From contig JBHIEG010000014.1 of assembly GCA_046760505.1 (NCBI GenBank), forward strand, positions 1 through 49,821: DNA of 49,821 nt. The letters run 5' to 3'. Position numbers and translations under genes: made by a program. This DNA is from Candidatus Hydrothermarchaeota archaeon (lineage in GTDB: Archaea; CAYFZR01). Numbering within the stretch: position 1 is the stretch's first letter; every line of letters starts with the position of its first letter. A model generated the notes under the pieces. It saw only the letters and a program-made list of their open reading frames with translations. It was not told the origin of the DNA and made no database searches. Positions 26,513-37,882 of the stretch are shown here, in pieces.

Positions 26513-28612
26513 TTAGATGCGAAAACTTTTTATTTTTTCGTGTAGTTTCTTCTCATCCACCATAGGTTTGGTAAACTCGGTTATTATCGAAATATTTTCT
26601 ACTTCCACATGACCGTTTGATACATTTCTGATAAGATTCACTATATCTGTTGGCGTTAGAGTATCTTGAGCGTCTACGATTATACCATCTTTTATTGCAC
26701 TGACTCCATCTATTCCAATATATCGCATCAAACCTTTTGAAATCTCTTCAGAGACAGCATGAGGATGCATTTCTCCTATGAACTTCAACTTAACATCGTA
26801 AGATATGATTCTCTTCTCTGTCTGATAGCCCAGTCTCCTCGGATCTGCCCCGATTTTCCCTAGAGTAATGACAATATGTCTTTCAATGGCCTTCAATAGA
26901 ATATCTTTAGTTATCACATCTTTTCCCTCAGAAATCCTTATTCCCTGAGATATCTGGGCCAGATCTCTGGCATGAGCAAATGAAGGTTTTACTCTAGGGT
27001 CCTGATAGAGTTTTTCTAAGACCTCTTCGCAGTTTTCTTCCAATTTTTCTCCGAGCCTTACTAGATTATTCTTGAATACTTTTATGACATGCTCTACAGG
27101 AGGGTAACTCAAGTAAATATAACAGGGAGCCCTTCGCAAATGAGCCTCATCGAATATAGCTATGTTTAAGTTAGTCGAGAATATGGGAATGAAAGTTGTG
27201 AAGAGCACCACAGGAGTGCCGCCTACATAGATTATGTCTCTCCGATTTTCCATGGGTACGATCAACCTGTTCAGTATGGCGTCATGACTATCCATCTGCC
27301 TGCCTAGGTCATCTATAAGTAAAACTCCTCCATGCGCCTTCACTTGAGGAGGACTTTCATAAACACCTTCATTTTCGTTGAATCTTCCTTCTAATCTACT
27401 TACTGATAATTCTGCTCCGGTAAAAACAAAGGGTGCGTATATTTTTACCCATCTAGGATCTTCTGGTTGCTCCTCTCTGGGGCATGGTACGTGAAAGTCG
27501 GAGTCGAATATCTTGATCACACGCTCTCCTACCAAAATATTTTTTGGTATCAACATTGGAGGTAGTACTTTTGATATTTTGCTGCTTATGAATGTCTTTC
27601 CGGTGCCAGGAGGTCCGCAGATAAACATGCCTTCCCCTGTAGATAGAGATTCTAGGATTATTTTTTTCGCGTAGTCTAATCCTATTACTTCCTCAAAGGC
27701 TTTTTCAAAAACACTCTTCGAAATCTTTATGGGAAACCTTTTCTGGGACAATTCCTCAGTAATTCGGTAGTAATCCTTATAGGGCACTGGAGCCACACCT
27801 ACGAACGGATCTAAGGTCTCTAACATTTTTGCTCTTTCTCTTCCTTTTTCCGTAGGTATGTATCTTAAATCAGAGAACATCATTGCTCCTGTTCCGATGT
27901 ATTCCACCATTACTCTCTCTTCTAGATCACGGATTATTTCTTCAACTATGTTCACGTGAAGTCCTGTGGTCGCTATTATGTCTTTTACCAAAATTGGACC
28001 TCTTTGATTTATTATTTTGAGTATAAGGGCTTCAATAAATTCTTTAGGCAATTTTGTCTCGCTAACTGTCTTTGGTTGTTCGATTCTCTTTATTATTTCC
28101 AAGAGTTTTTTATTTAACATTTCTATGGTTACGATTGGCTCTCTGTAATCCTCTAAGAGACTCTCTACAAATGTTTCTCCTGGCTCGGTGATTCTATATT
28201 TCTTCAATAATTCTTCCCTAGATATTGGGGATTTTGATTCTTCAATGACTTCGTAATCGCTTTCTTCACCCTTGGTCTCTTCAACCAATAAGTCTTTTCT
28301 TGCAGCAATAACAATCGAAATGGTGGTATCTTTATCTGCCTCTAAGTTTCCCACGCTTCTACTTTGAAATCCCATGTAAAGGAGTTTTTTTCTGAAATCA
28401 ACCTTAATTTCTTCTATAGTGCTACTTCCTTTCTTTATATCTTCAACTTTTTGCTCTATTATTGTAAAATCATTAAAGGACATGTTTTTGGAATCTAAAA
28501 AAGCAGTTAGAGCCTTTAAAGAATCATCCTTTTTGCTACCCTTGGTAATACAGTATGCTATTGCCACGTTTTCGTCTTCGTCAATTCCGTAAAGAACAAG
28601 GGTATCTTTCAT
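26513..28612 (-). CDS. AAA+ ATPase of unknown function with wHTH and extra N-/C-terminal domains
   Basis: GVAPVP, Walker A GPPGTGKT, PQVKAHGG, Walker B LLIDDLGRQ, FSTNL, EAHLRR. Confidence 0.88.
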   Translation of the reverse strand: MKDTLVLYGIDEDENVAIAYCITKGSKKDDSLKALTAFLDSKNMSFNDFTIIEQKVEDIKKGSSTIEEIKVDFRKKLLYMGFQSRSVGNLEADKDTTISIVIAARKDLLVEETKGEESDYEVIEESKSPISREELLKKYRITEPGETFVESLLEDYREPIVTIEMLNKKLLEIIKRIEQPKTVSETKLPKEFIEALILKIINQRGPILVKDIIATTGLHVNIVEEIIRDLEERVMVEYIGTGAMMFSDLRYIPTEKGRERAKMLETLDPFVGVAPVPYKDYYRITEELSQKRFPIKISKSVFEKAFEEVIGLDYAKKIILESLSTGEGMFICGPPGTGKTFISSKISKVLPPMLIPKNILVGERVIKIFDSDFHVPCPREEQPEDPRWVKIYAPFVFTGAELSVSRLEGRFNENEGVYESPPQVKAHGGVLLIDDLGRQMDSHDAILNRLIVPMENRRDIIYVGGTPVVLFTTFIPIFSTNLNIAIFDEAHLRRAPCYIYLSYPPVEHVIKVFKNNLVRLGEKLEENCEEVLEKLYQDPRVKPSFAHARDLAQISQGIRISEGKDVITKDILLKAIERHIVITLGKIGADPRRLGYQTEKRIISYDVKLKFIGEMHPHAVSEEISKGLMRYIGIDGVSAIKDGIIVDAQDTLTPTDIVNLIRNVSNGHVEVENISIITEFTKPMVDEKKLHEKIKSFRI

Positions 28613-28713
28613 AAAAACATATCTCGCCTTCTTGGTAGATATAACTTATGCCAAGATAGATATTTAATGGAAAAAGATTAACTCTTGGATAGGAAATAGG
28701 AAAGGTTGATTGC

Positions 28714-29142
28714 ATGCGCGTGATGGCAACAGGGGTATTCGATATAATACATCCTGGACACATATACTATCTTGAAGAAGCAAAAAAACTTGGTGACGAG
28801 TTGATTGTGATTGTCGCCAGGGACAAAACGGTTAGAAATAGGAAAAGAGAGCCTGTTATAGAAGAAAAACAGAGATTAGAGGTTGTAAAAGCATTAAAAC
28901 CCGTCGATGAAGCCTTTCTAGGCTCAGAGAAAGATATATTCGATTCTGTTAAAAAAATAAGACCAGATATAATAGCATTGGGTCCAAATCAGGATGTTAA
29001 TGAGGAATGGTTAAAGAAGGAGTTGAAAAAAAGAGGTTTTGATAATATCAGGATAGAAAGGATTAAAAAAATGAAAGTTTCTCGTCTGAACAGTTCTCAT
29101 CTTATAATAGAGGAAATATTAAAAAAATATAAGGGAGTTTAG
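28714..29142 (+). CDS. ribL: Archaeal FAD synthase
   Basis: [23 protein letters not shown]; adjacent to ribH/ribC. Confidence 0.9.
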   Translation: MRVMATGVFDIIHPGHIYYLEEAKKLGDELIVIVARDKTVRNRKREPVIEEKQRLEVVKALKPVDEAFLGSEKDIFDSVKKIRPDIIALGPNQDVNEEWLKKELKKRGFDNIRIERIKKMKVSRLNSSHLIIEEILKKYKGV

Positions 29143-29558
29143 CCCCCTTCTATCTCTTTCACTCTCTTCACCATTTTAACCGCTGATTCAACCGCTCTCT
29201 TTGCATATTTAACTCTTTCATGCGCTTGGAGCCTGCTCATGCCGGGTCCAGAGATTCCTAAGGTAACCGGCTTACCAAACTCTACGGAAAGATCTGTTAT
29301 TTTCCTAGCACAGTGCTGGATGACAATTTCATCGTGTTCGGTTTCTCCTTCTATAACCGCTCCAAGGGTTACAACCGCCTCTATGTCTGGTCTTTCCAGC
29401 ATTTTTTTAACTGCCAAAGGTATATCGAAGGTACCTGGAACCTTTATTATTTTTACTATTTCAGCATCTAGAAATGCAGCATGCTCTTTTGCGAGTTCTA
29501 TCATTGCATACACAATATCATAGTTGAACTCTGCTGCGACAATTCCAAGTTTTACCAC
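29139..29558 (-). CDS. ribH: 6,7-dimethyl-8-ribityllumazine synthase
   Basis: [34 protein letters not shown]. Confidence 0.97.
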   Translation of the reverse strand: MVKLGIVAAEFNYDIVYAMIELAKEHAAFLDAEIVKIIKVPGTFDIPLAVKKMLERPDIEAVVTLGAVIEGETEHDEIVIQHCARKITDLSVEFGKPVTLGISGPGMSRLQAHERVKYAKRAVESAVKMVKRVKEIEGG

Positions 29559-29569
29559 ATAAAAACCTC

Positions 29570-30912
<1,343 letters not shown>

Positions 30913-30921
30913 TTATCTTTT

Positions 30922-31320
30922 TTAGCCTCCTTCAACGTCTAACCAAAAGAAGAGTTTTTCACCGTTAATAAGTATGTCCACCCTCCCTGAGTAGTATCCT
31001 CTTCCGGTATATTCTACTTTTGCCTCTTCATTAGGATTTACCTTGATGCTCTCATTTTTTAGTAGCAATGAGTGCGTGTTGTTTGATAGGTATATCGAGT
31101 ATACATAGACATTTTCTTTTTTTTCATGATTTTCTATTGTAAATGTGAAAGAGAAATTCGACCCACTCATGATTGTGGTTTTAGGATAGTCATCAAGGTG
31201 ATATGCACTAAACTCTTCTTCTCCAGGCATCTTTGTTATTGCAAGTCCAATGATAATTACTATCGCGAGAATTAAAAACATAGAAAAAATCGTCTCTTCT
31301 GATAAATCTAGTTTCTTCAT
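30922..31320 (-). CDS. Membrane-anchored DUF1616-like protein
   Basis: One TM then EEFS.Y..DYP, ENHE..Y, LFFWLDV. Confidence 0.65.
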   Translation of the reverse strand: MKKLDLSEETIFSMFLILAIVIIIGLAITKMPGEEEFSAYHLDDYPKTTIMSGSNFSFTFTIENHEKKENVYVYSIYLSNNTHSLLLKNESIKVNPNEEAKVEYTGRGYYSGRVDILINGEKLFFWLDVEGG

Positions 31321-32465
31321 TGAAGATAGACCTCTTCCACTGCTGAAACGCCGCTTCCAGGTTCTATATCTAAGCCAGATTCCTTCAGAATAAGTTCAAG
31401 CGCTCCTATTGTTTGAAGTATGTCTGATATTTGAACAGTTCCCATGTGTCCGATTCTGAATATCTTGCCCTTTAGATGGTCTTGACCTCCAGCAACTTCT
31501 ATGCCGTATTTCTCTCTCATCTTTCCTCTTAACTCAGAGTCTGTTATACCTTCTGGGATATTGATAGCCGTAACCGTGTTGGAAGCATACTTCTGATTTG
31601 CAAATAAGGATAAACCAAGGGCTCTTATTCCTGCTCTTACTGCCTTTGCAATCTTTTCATGCCTTTTTATGCGTTTTTCCAATCCCTCTTCCAAAACCAT
31701 TTTCAAAGCCTCGTTCAAAGCATAAAAAAGCGGTATTGCTGGAGTATAAGGTGTTTGGGGAGGATTCCTGTTGAAATACTCTTTGCATTGCCTTAAACTA
31801 AGGTAATAAGTGCGAGCCTCCACGTTATCTATCACTTCCCACGCCTTTTCACTCACCGCAATTGGCGAAATACCCGGTGGAGCCGCTAGATCTTTTTGAG
31901 AACCGTTTACACATATATCTACGTTGTATTTGTCCGTATAGAATTCGTCAGCACTCAACGCGGATATGGTGTCCACTATGAAGAGTGCATCATAATCTTT
32001 AACTATATCTCCAATTTCTTTGACAGGATTCTTTGTTGCCGTAGATGTCTCGTTGAATACTAAAGTAACTGCCTTTGTATCCGGGTTTTCTTCCAATTTT
32101 CTCTTTATATCATCGGGATTGATGGGCTGTCCCCACTCTGCTGAGACCTCTATGGGATTCCCACCGAATGTTTCCACTATTTTCTTAAATCTTTGACCAA
32201 ATTTTCCTGAGATCGCGCAGAGTACTTTATCGCCTGGCTCGATTATATTTGCAATGGCAGCTTCCATTCCTGCGGTTCCTGAGCCGGTGAGAAGAAAAAC
32301 ATCATTTTCCGTTCTAAAAACAGTCTTCATCATTTCACATGTCTCGGTCAGGATTTTTCCGAATGCTTGGCTTCTATGGTTTATTATTGGTCTCATCATA
32401 GCCCGTAAAACTCTGGGATCAACGTTCGTAGGTCCAGGTATCATCAAAAGCCTTCTTTCATACAT
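31317..32465 (-). CDS. Class V PLP aminotransferase (alanine-glyoxylate / archaeal phosphoserine aminotransferase family)
   Basis: LLMIPGPT, SGTAGMEAA, NETST, GSQKDLAAPPG, QTPYTP, FRIGHMG; ATG 32465 after AGGTGA. Confidence 0.93.
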   Translation of the reverse strand: MYERRLLMIPGPTNVDPRVLRAMMRPIINHRSQAFGKILTETCEMMKTVFRTENDVFLLTGSGTAGMEAAIANIIEPGDKVLCAISGKFGQRFKKIVETFGGNPIEVSAEWGQPINPDDIKRKLEENPDTKAVTLVFNETSTATKNPVKEIGDIVKDYDALFIVDTISALSADEFYTDKYNVDICVNGSQKDLAAPPGISPIAVSEKAWEVIDNVEARTYYLSLRQCKEYFNRNPPQTPYTPAIPLFYALNEALKMVLEEGLEKRIKRHEKIAKAVRAGIRALGLSLFANQKYASNTVTAINIPEGITDSELRGKMREKYGIEVAGGQDHLKGKIFRIGHMGTVQISDILQTIGALELILKESGLDIEPGSGVSAVEEVYLQ

Positions 32466-32469
32466 AAAA

Positions 32470-32955
32470 TCACCTAAAAACAGATGTATGTATTCTTTTA
32501 GCAATATGCAATATTTCATTGGATATATCGTTAAGTCTAACTGTATCAAAATCAGGATTCTCGAATTCCTTTTTTATTTCCTTCATTTCATTTACTAATG
32601 TCTTTAATAAAGGATTTAAGGATCTCTCTGAAGCTCCTTCAGCAGCATACTTTATACAGGCCCTTTGAACGGTGTTCTTTGCTAGTTCAATGCTTTCCAA
32701 GAGAAGCTGATACTTTTCTTCGCTAGAGAATCTCTTTCCAGCATCCTTTAACTCATCAAGAACTGAGTCCATGGAGTAGAAGAGTTCGATGTTTTTGAAA
32801 AAGAAAGCTTCCCTAAGGAAGTATAGTCCAATAAGTGCTATGAAGAAACCCCATATCCAAAGGTAAACGGTTATCCCGTATATGGCGGATAGGAAAAAAA
32901 TAAATGCTATGATGAAAGATACTATTCCCATAGTAGTTCTAATGTCCGCTCTCAA
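32470..32955 (-). CDS. Hypothetical protein, two N-terminal TMs plus helical domain
   Basis: 161-aa ORF packed between ilvC and the aminotransferase, co-oriented. Confidence 0.7.
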   Translation of the reverse strand: MRADIRTTMGIVSFIIAFIFFLSAIYGITVYLWIWGFFIALIGLYFLREAFFFKNIELFYSMDSVLDELKDAGKRFSSEEKYQLLLESIELAKNTVQRACIKYAAEGASERSLNPLLKTLVNEMKEIKKEFENPDFDTVRLNDISNEILHIAKRIHTSVFR

Positions 32956-33007
32956 TTTTTGCCCCTATATTTCTCTGAGTAATTTCCAATAAAAAGTTTT
33001 CTGGGAG

Positions 33008-33997
33008 TTAGCCTGGCTTTTGCATCATTTCCCTTAACTTCTTACCTATCTTTTCGATGAGAAGTTCTTCTTCCTTTTTTCTTAATGAGTTAAGTACCGG
33101 AGCATTCGCCTTATTTTCTAGGACCCATTCTTTAGCGAAAGCACCGCTTCTAATTTCTTCTAGGGTTTTTCGCATCATTGCCTTTACATCATCGTTGAAA
33201 ATACGTTTTCCTCTGGTCAACCCCCCGTATTCAGCAGTATTGGACACATTTCTCCACATGTGGCAAAGACCGCCCTCGTAGATTAAGTCTACTATCAGTT
33301 TTAACTCGTGAAGTGTTTCAAAGTAGCATACCTCTGGTTGATATCCTGCCTCGACTAATACCTCAAAAGATGCCTTTATCATCTCTGTAACTCCTCCGCA
33401 AAGGTCCATTTGTTCTCCAAATAGGTCTGTCTCGGTTTCTTCTTCAAAAGTTGTTTCGATAACTCCCACTCTCGTAGTTCCCAAGGCTTTTGCCATTGCT
33501 AAAGCTCTTTGCATGGCTCTTCCTGTGTAATCTTGTTTTACGGCTACAAGAGATGGAACTCCATAACCTTCTTCGTAGGTACTCCTCAGCATCCTTCCGG
33601 GAGCCTTTGGCGCCACCATGATTACATCAACAAACTCCGGGGGAACTATCTGATTAAAGCATATGTTAAATCCATGAGAAAACCCTAGAGCATTGCCTTC
33701 TTCTAATTTATCGCGAATGTAAGCATTGTAGACCGCAGGTTGGGTTTCGTCTGGGATAAGGATTTGAATTATGTCTGCCCTCTCTACCGCTTCTGGTATG
33801 GGGTATACATCAAATCCCTCCTTCTTCGCTATTTCCCATGATTTACCTCCCTCTCTTAATCCAAGGATAACTTTAAGTCCAGAATCTCTGTAGTTTAACG
33901 ATTGAGCCCTTCCCTGACTTCCGTATCCAATCACCGCTATGGTTTCATCCTTGATGGCATCTAAACTTGCATCTTTTTCGTAGTATATTTTAGCCAA
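33008..33997 (-). CDS. ilvC: Ketol-acid reductoisomerase
   Basis: [36 protein letters not shown]. Confidence 0.98.
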   Translation of the reverse strand: MAKIYYEKDASLDAIKDETIAVIGYGSQGRAQSLNYRDSGLKVILGLREGGKSWEIAKKEGFDVYPIPEAVERADIIQILIPDETQPAVYNAYIRDKLEEGNALGFSHGFNICFNQIVPPEFVDVIMVAPKAPGRMLRSTYEEGYGVPSLVAVKQDYTGRAMQRALAMAKALGTTRVGVIETTFEEETETDLFGEQMDLCGGVTEMIKASFEVLVEAGYQPEVCYFETLHELKLIVDLIYEGGLCHMWRNVSNTAEYGGLTRGKRIFNDDVKAMMRKTLEEIRSGAFAKEWVLENKANAPVLNSLRKKEEELLIEKIGKKLREMMQKPG

Positions 33998-34000
33998 CTA

Positions 34001-34504
34001 CTACACCTCCTCAATTAGTCTTGCACCTCGAGTTATTGATGTTATTCCTGTTCTTACCAACTCTCTAATTCCAAAAGGTTTCATCATATCTAGAAATGCT
34101 TTTATTTTATCAGGATCGCCAGTTATCTCTATTGTAAGGGTCTCTGGGCCGACATCCACGACACTGGCTCTGAATATGTTGGCATATTGAATGATTTCCG
34201 ACCTTATCGCCCCAGTAGGAGCATGAATCTTTGCAAGTGCAAGTTCTCTGACTACGCACTCATCGGGATTCATTTCACTCACCTTTATGACTTCCACAAG
34301 TTTCTCCAATTGTTTCCTGACCTGTTCAAGCACCTTCTCGTCTCCGCTGGTTACAAGTGTTATTCTTGAGAATCCTTCCTTCTCGCAGGGGCCTACCGCA
34401 ATACTATCGATATTAAATGCTCTTTGTCTGAATAATCCAGATACCCTTTGCATAACGCCTGGTTTATCCTCTACCAAAACGCTTAACATATGTTTCTCGG
34501 TCAT
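34001..34504 (-). CDS. ilvN: Acetolactate synthase small subunit
   Basis: LSVLVEDKPGVMQRVSGLF..FNIDS, RELAL, ELVRTG; start ATG 34504. Confidence 0.97.
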   Translation of the reverse strand: MTEKHMLSVLVEDKPGVMQRVSGLFRQRAFNIDSIAVGPCEKEGFSRITLVTSGDEKVLEQVRKQLEKLVEVIKVSEMNPDECVVRELALAKIHAPTGAIRSEIIQYANIFRASVVDVGPETLTIEITGDPDKIKAFLDMMKPFGIRELVRTGITSITRGARLIEEV

Positions 34505-34509
34505 TTTCC

Positions 34510-36192
34510 TCACCCGATCATTTCGGTCATTTTTGCCCCAGGAGGTATCATCGGGAACACACACTCGTCTCTGTCTACTATAACGTTTATGACAGTAGGC
34601 TTTCCTGAGTCAAATGCTTCTTTTAGTGCCGGAGCAACTTCTCCTGGTCTTTCTACAAGTTCTCCCCTAGCTCCAAATGCCTCAGCTAGTTTTACGAAGT
34701 CTGGCTGTGCACGGAAGTCAACTGCAGAGTATCTCTTATCGAAAAAGAGCATCTGCCATTGTCTTACCATCCCTAAAGCCCTGTTGTCAAGGATGAGGAC
34801 TACTACAGGAATATTGTTCTCTACTACGGTAGCGAGATCCTGACATACCATAAGAAAGCTTCCATCACCTGCTATGTCCACTACGTTTGACTCAGGACGT
34901 GCTACTTTAGCACCCATTGCCGCAGGAAATCCAAAACCCATAGTCCCTAAGCCACCTGAACTTATGAATGTTCTTATTTTATTCCTTGTCAGATAATGAC
35001 CAGCCCACATCTGACACTGGCCTACTTCCGTGGTGACTATGTCATCTTCACCGAGAACTTCCATAACCTCCTTCATGACCTGCTGGGGCTTTAGAGGTAT
35101 TGCATCAGGATAATCATATTTTGGCGGGAATTCTTTCTTCCATTGTTCTATTTTTTCTATCCATGCTGTTTTTTTCTTCAACGCCATTTTTTCCAATATT
35201 TTTATTAAATCTTGAAGGACTAAGCGTGCATCTCCAACGATTGGAACATCAACAGGTACGTTTTTGCCTATTTCAGCAGGGTCTATGTCTATATGTATTT
35301 TCTTGGATTCTGTGGAGAAATAGGCTACAGCTCCAGTAGATCTATCTGAGAATCTTGTTCCAACTCCTAGCAATACATCTGCCTCTGATACAGCAAAATT
35401 GGATGGTTTTCTACCATGCATGCCTACTAATCCTAAAACTAAAGGATGACTTTCTGGTACGCAGGATTTACCCATTAAAGGAGTTATTATTGGTGCTCCT
35501 AACATTTCTGCTAATTGTATAAGTTCCTTTGTAGCGTTAGAGTGGACTGCACCACCACCAGCCATTATTACAGGCCTTTCAGCATTTGCCAACAATTCTG
35601 CTGCCTTTTTTATCTGGGCGAAGTTTCCCTTAAGAGTAGGCTTGTATCCGGGCAGTTCTATTCTTTCTGGGAAATCCATTTCTGCTTCTGCCTGAATCAC
35701 ATCTCTTGGGAAGTCGATATGTACAGGTCCAGGTCTACCACTCTTTGCTATCTGAAAAGCTGCTTTTATGGTGTAAGGTATATCTCTTGGATCTGTGAGC
35801 CTGAAATTATGTTTCGTTATTGGCATGGTAATGCCGGTTGCATCTATTTCTTGAAACGCATCTTTTCCTATCAAAGGTCTTACTACGTTGCCAGTAATTG
35901 CCACGATTGGGCTAGAGTCCATGTATGCGGTCGCAATCCCGGTTGTTAGGTTAGTGGCTCCAGGTCCAGAAGTCGCTATACATACACCAACTTCTCCACT
36001 AGCTCGAGCATAACCATCTGCTGCATGAGCAGCACATTGCTCGTGCCTTACCAAAATATGCCTTATATCTGTTTCATCGTAAATCGCATCGTAAAGCTCT
36101 ATAACTGCTCCTCCGGGGAGCCCAAATGCCACTTTGACGCCTTCTCTTTTTAATCCCTCAATAATAGCCTTGCCTCCTCTCATCACCACCAT
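34510..36192 (-). CDS. ilvB: Acetolactate synthase large subunit
   Basis: RHEQ, TSGPGATN, DAFQE, GMHG, SGGLGTMG, GDGSF, MVRQWQ. Confidence 0.98.
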   Translation of the reverse strand: MVVMRGGKAIIEGLKREGVKVAFGLPGGAVIELYDAIYDETDIRHILVRHEQCAAHAADGYARASGEVGVCIATSGPGATNLTTGIATAYMDSSPIVAITGNVVRPLIGKDAFQEIDATGITMPITKHNFRLTDPRDIPYTIKAAFQIAKSGRPGPVHIDFPRDVIQAEAEMDFPERIELPGYKPTLKGNFAQIKKAAELLANAERPVIMAGGGAVHSNATKELIQLAEMLGAPIITPLMGKSCVPESHPLVLGLVGMHGRKPSNFAVSEADVLLGVGTRFSDRSTGAVAYFSTESKKIHIDIDPAEIGKNVPVDVPIVGDARLVLQDLIKILEKMALKKKTAWIEKIEQWKKEFPPKYDYPDAIPLKPQQVMKEVMEVLGEDDIVTTEVGQCQMWAGHYLTRNKIRTFISSGGLGTMGFGFPAAMGAKVARPESNVVDIAGDGSFLMVCQDLATVVENNIPVVVLILDNRALGMVRQWQMLFFDKRYSAVDFRAQPDFVKLAEAFGARGELVERPGEVAPALKEAFDSGKPTVINVIVDRDECVFPMIPPGAKMTEMIG

Positions 36193-36195
36193 TTT

Positions 36196-37815
36196 TTATC
36201 CTCCAATGTATTTTGCTAATACTCCTTTTTTGAACTTAGATTCAGGAGGTTTCCAGTGTGATAACCTCTCTTTTATTTCTTCAGCGTCTATTAATAGATT
36301 GAGCACTCTATTTGGAATATCTATCTCAATGATGTCATCGTTTTTTACAATCGCAATCGGTCCCCCATCCATTGCCTCTGGCATTACATGACCTATGCAT
36401 GGTCCTCTTGTGCCGCCGGAGAATCTACCATCGGTTATCAAAGCAACAGAGTCGTCTAGTTCTTCTCCGGAAATTACCGATGTTACAGCAAGCATCTCTC
36501 TCATTCCTGGCCCGCCTTTGGGGCCTTCATATCTTATAATGATCACGTCTCCTCTTTCGATTTTTCCGTCTAAGACAGCCTTTACCGCATCTTCTTCACA
36601 ATCAAAAACCCTTGCAGGTCCTTTATGGGACAATATTTTCTCGTTCACTGCTGTTTGTTTTACAACACTTCCTTTAGGGGCAAGAGATCCCTTTAAAACC
36701 GCAATACCTCCTTCAGGATGTACAGGATTGTCCATTGGGCGAATAACATCTGGGTTGTATATCTTTGCCTCCTCTATAATTTCTTTGAGAAATTTCCCAG
36801 AAACCGTCATGCATTCTAAATTCATTAGATCAGAAAGAGATCTCATCACTCCAGGAATTCCGCCGGCATAATGAAGATCTTCCATGAAATTAGGTCCGCC
36901 AGGTCTCATATCGCATATGTGAGGTGTAATTCTTGCTAACTCGTCGAACAACTCTATTGAGATATCTAACCCCAGTTCTTTCGCTATGGCTGTTATGTGT
37001 AAAACGGTATTGGTGGATCCACCAAGAGCTAAGTCTACAAGGATGGCATTCTCAATCGCATCGAATGTCATGATCTGAGACGGAGTTATATTTGCCTCCA
37101 ACAATTCTAAGATGCGGATACCAGTTTCTTTGGCTATTCTGAGCCTTTGAGACGAATTTGCTAAGGCAGTGCCGGAATAGGGTAAACTCATGCCCAAAGC
37201 CTCAGTTATACATGCCATAGAATTCGCGGTAAACAACCCTGCGCAAGATCCGTAGCTTGGACATGCACTATTTTCTATTTCTAGTAATCTTTTTTCATCA
37301 ATTTTTCCGATTTTAAACTCTCCAATTGCTTCGAAACACGAAATTAGATCTATTTTTCTTCCATTTATGATTCCTGCCTCCATAGGACCTCCTGTGATTA
37401 CTATGCTTGGTATATCGATTCTTGCACAAGCCATCAGGTGTCCGGGAATGATCTTATCGCAAGAAGGTATCATTACCATTGCATCGAATCTATGTGCCTC
37501 TATCATCACTTCTATTGAGTCCGCTATCAGATCTCTGGAAGGCAGAGAGTACTTCATACCCACATGTCCCATTGCGATTCCGTCACATACTCCAATTGTG
37601 TTGAATTCAAATGGAACTCCTCCAGCGATGCGAATTCCAGTTTTAACCGCGTCTGATATTTTCTGTAAGTGAACATGCCCTGGTACGATTTCGTTCCAAG
37701 AGTTGACGACCGCTATAAAAGGCTTGCTCATTTCTTCATCAGTAATGCCCAATGCCTTGAGCAGGGATCTGTGGGGTGCTCTTTCAAACCCTTCTTTGAT
37801 TTCAAGACTTCTCAT
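36196..37815 (-). CDS. ilvD: Dihydroxy-acid dehydratase
   Basis: [39 protein letters not shown]. Confidence 0.98.
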   Translation of the reverse strand: MRSLEIKEGFERAPHRSLLKALGITDEEMSKPFIAVVNSWNEIVPGHVHLQKISDAVKTGIRIAGGVPFEFNTIGVCDGIAMGHVGMKYSLPSRDLIADSIEVMIEAHRFDAMVMIPSCDKIIPGHLMACARIDIPSIVITGGPMEAGIINGRKIDLISCFEAIGEFKIGKIDEKRLLEIENSACPSYGSCAGLFTANSMACITEALGMSLPYSGTALANSSQRLRIAKETGIRILELLEANITPSQIMTFDAIENAILVDLALGGSTNTVLHITAIAKELGLDISIELFDELARITPHICDMRPGGPNFMEDLHYAGGIPGVMRSLSDLMNLECMTVSGKFLKEIIEEAKIYNPDVIRPMDNPVHPEGGIAVLKGSLAPKGSVVKQTAVNEKILSHKGPARVFDCEEDAVKAVLDGKIERGDVIIIRYEGPKGGPGMREMLAVTSVISGEELDDSVALITDGRFSGGTRGPCIGHVMPEAMDGGPIAIVKNDDIIEIDIPNRVLNLLIDAEEIKERLSHWKPPESKFKKGVLAKYIGG

Positions 37816-37845
37816 TATTTTACCTCTTCTAACCTTATTTTTTCA

Positions 37846-37877
37846 CTTTAATTTATTCAGTCTTTAATTTATTTAGT
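37846..37877. repeat. Tandem 16-bp repeat between leuA and ilvD
   Basis: CTTTAATTTATTCAGT / CTTTAATTTATTTAGT (1 mismatch). Confidence 0.7.
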
Positions 37878-37882
37878 CTATT

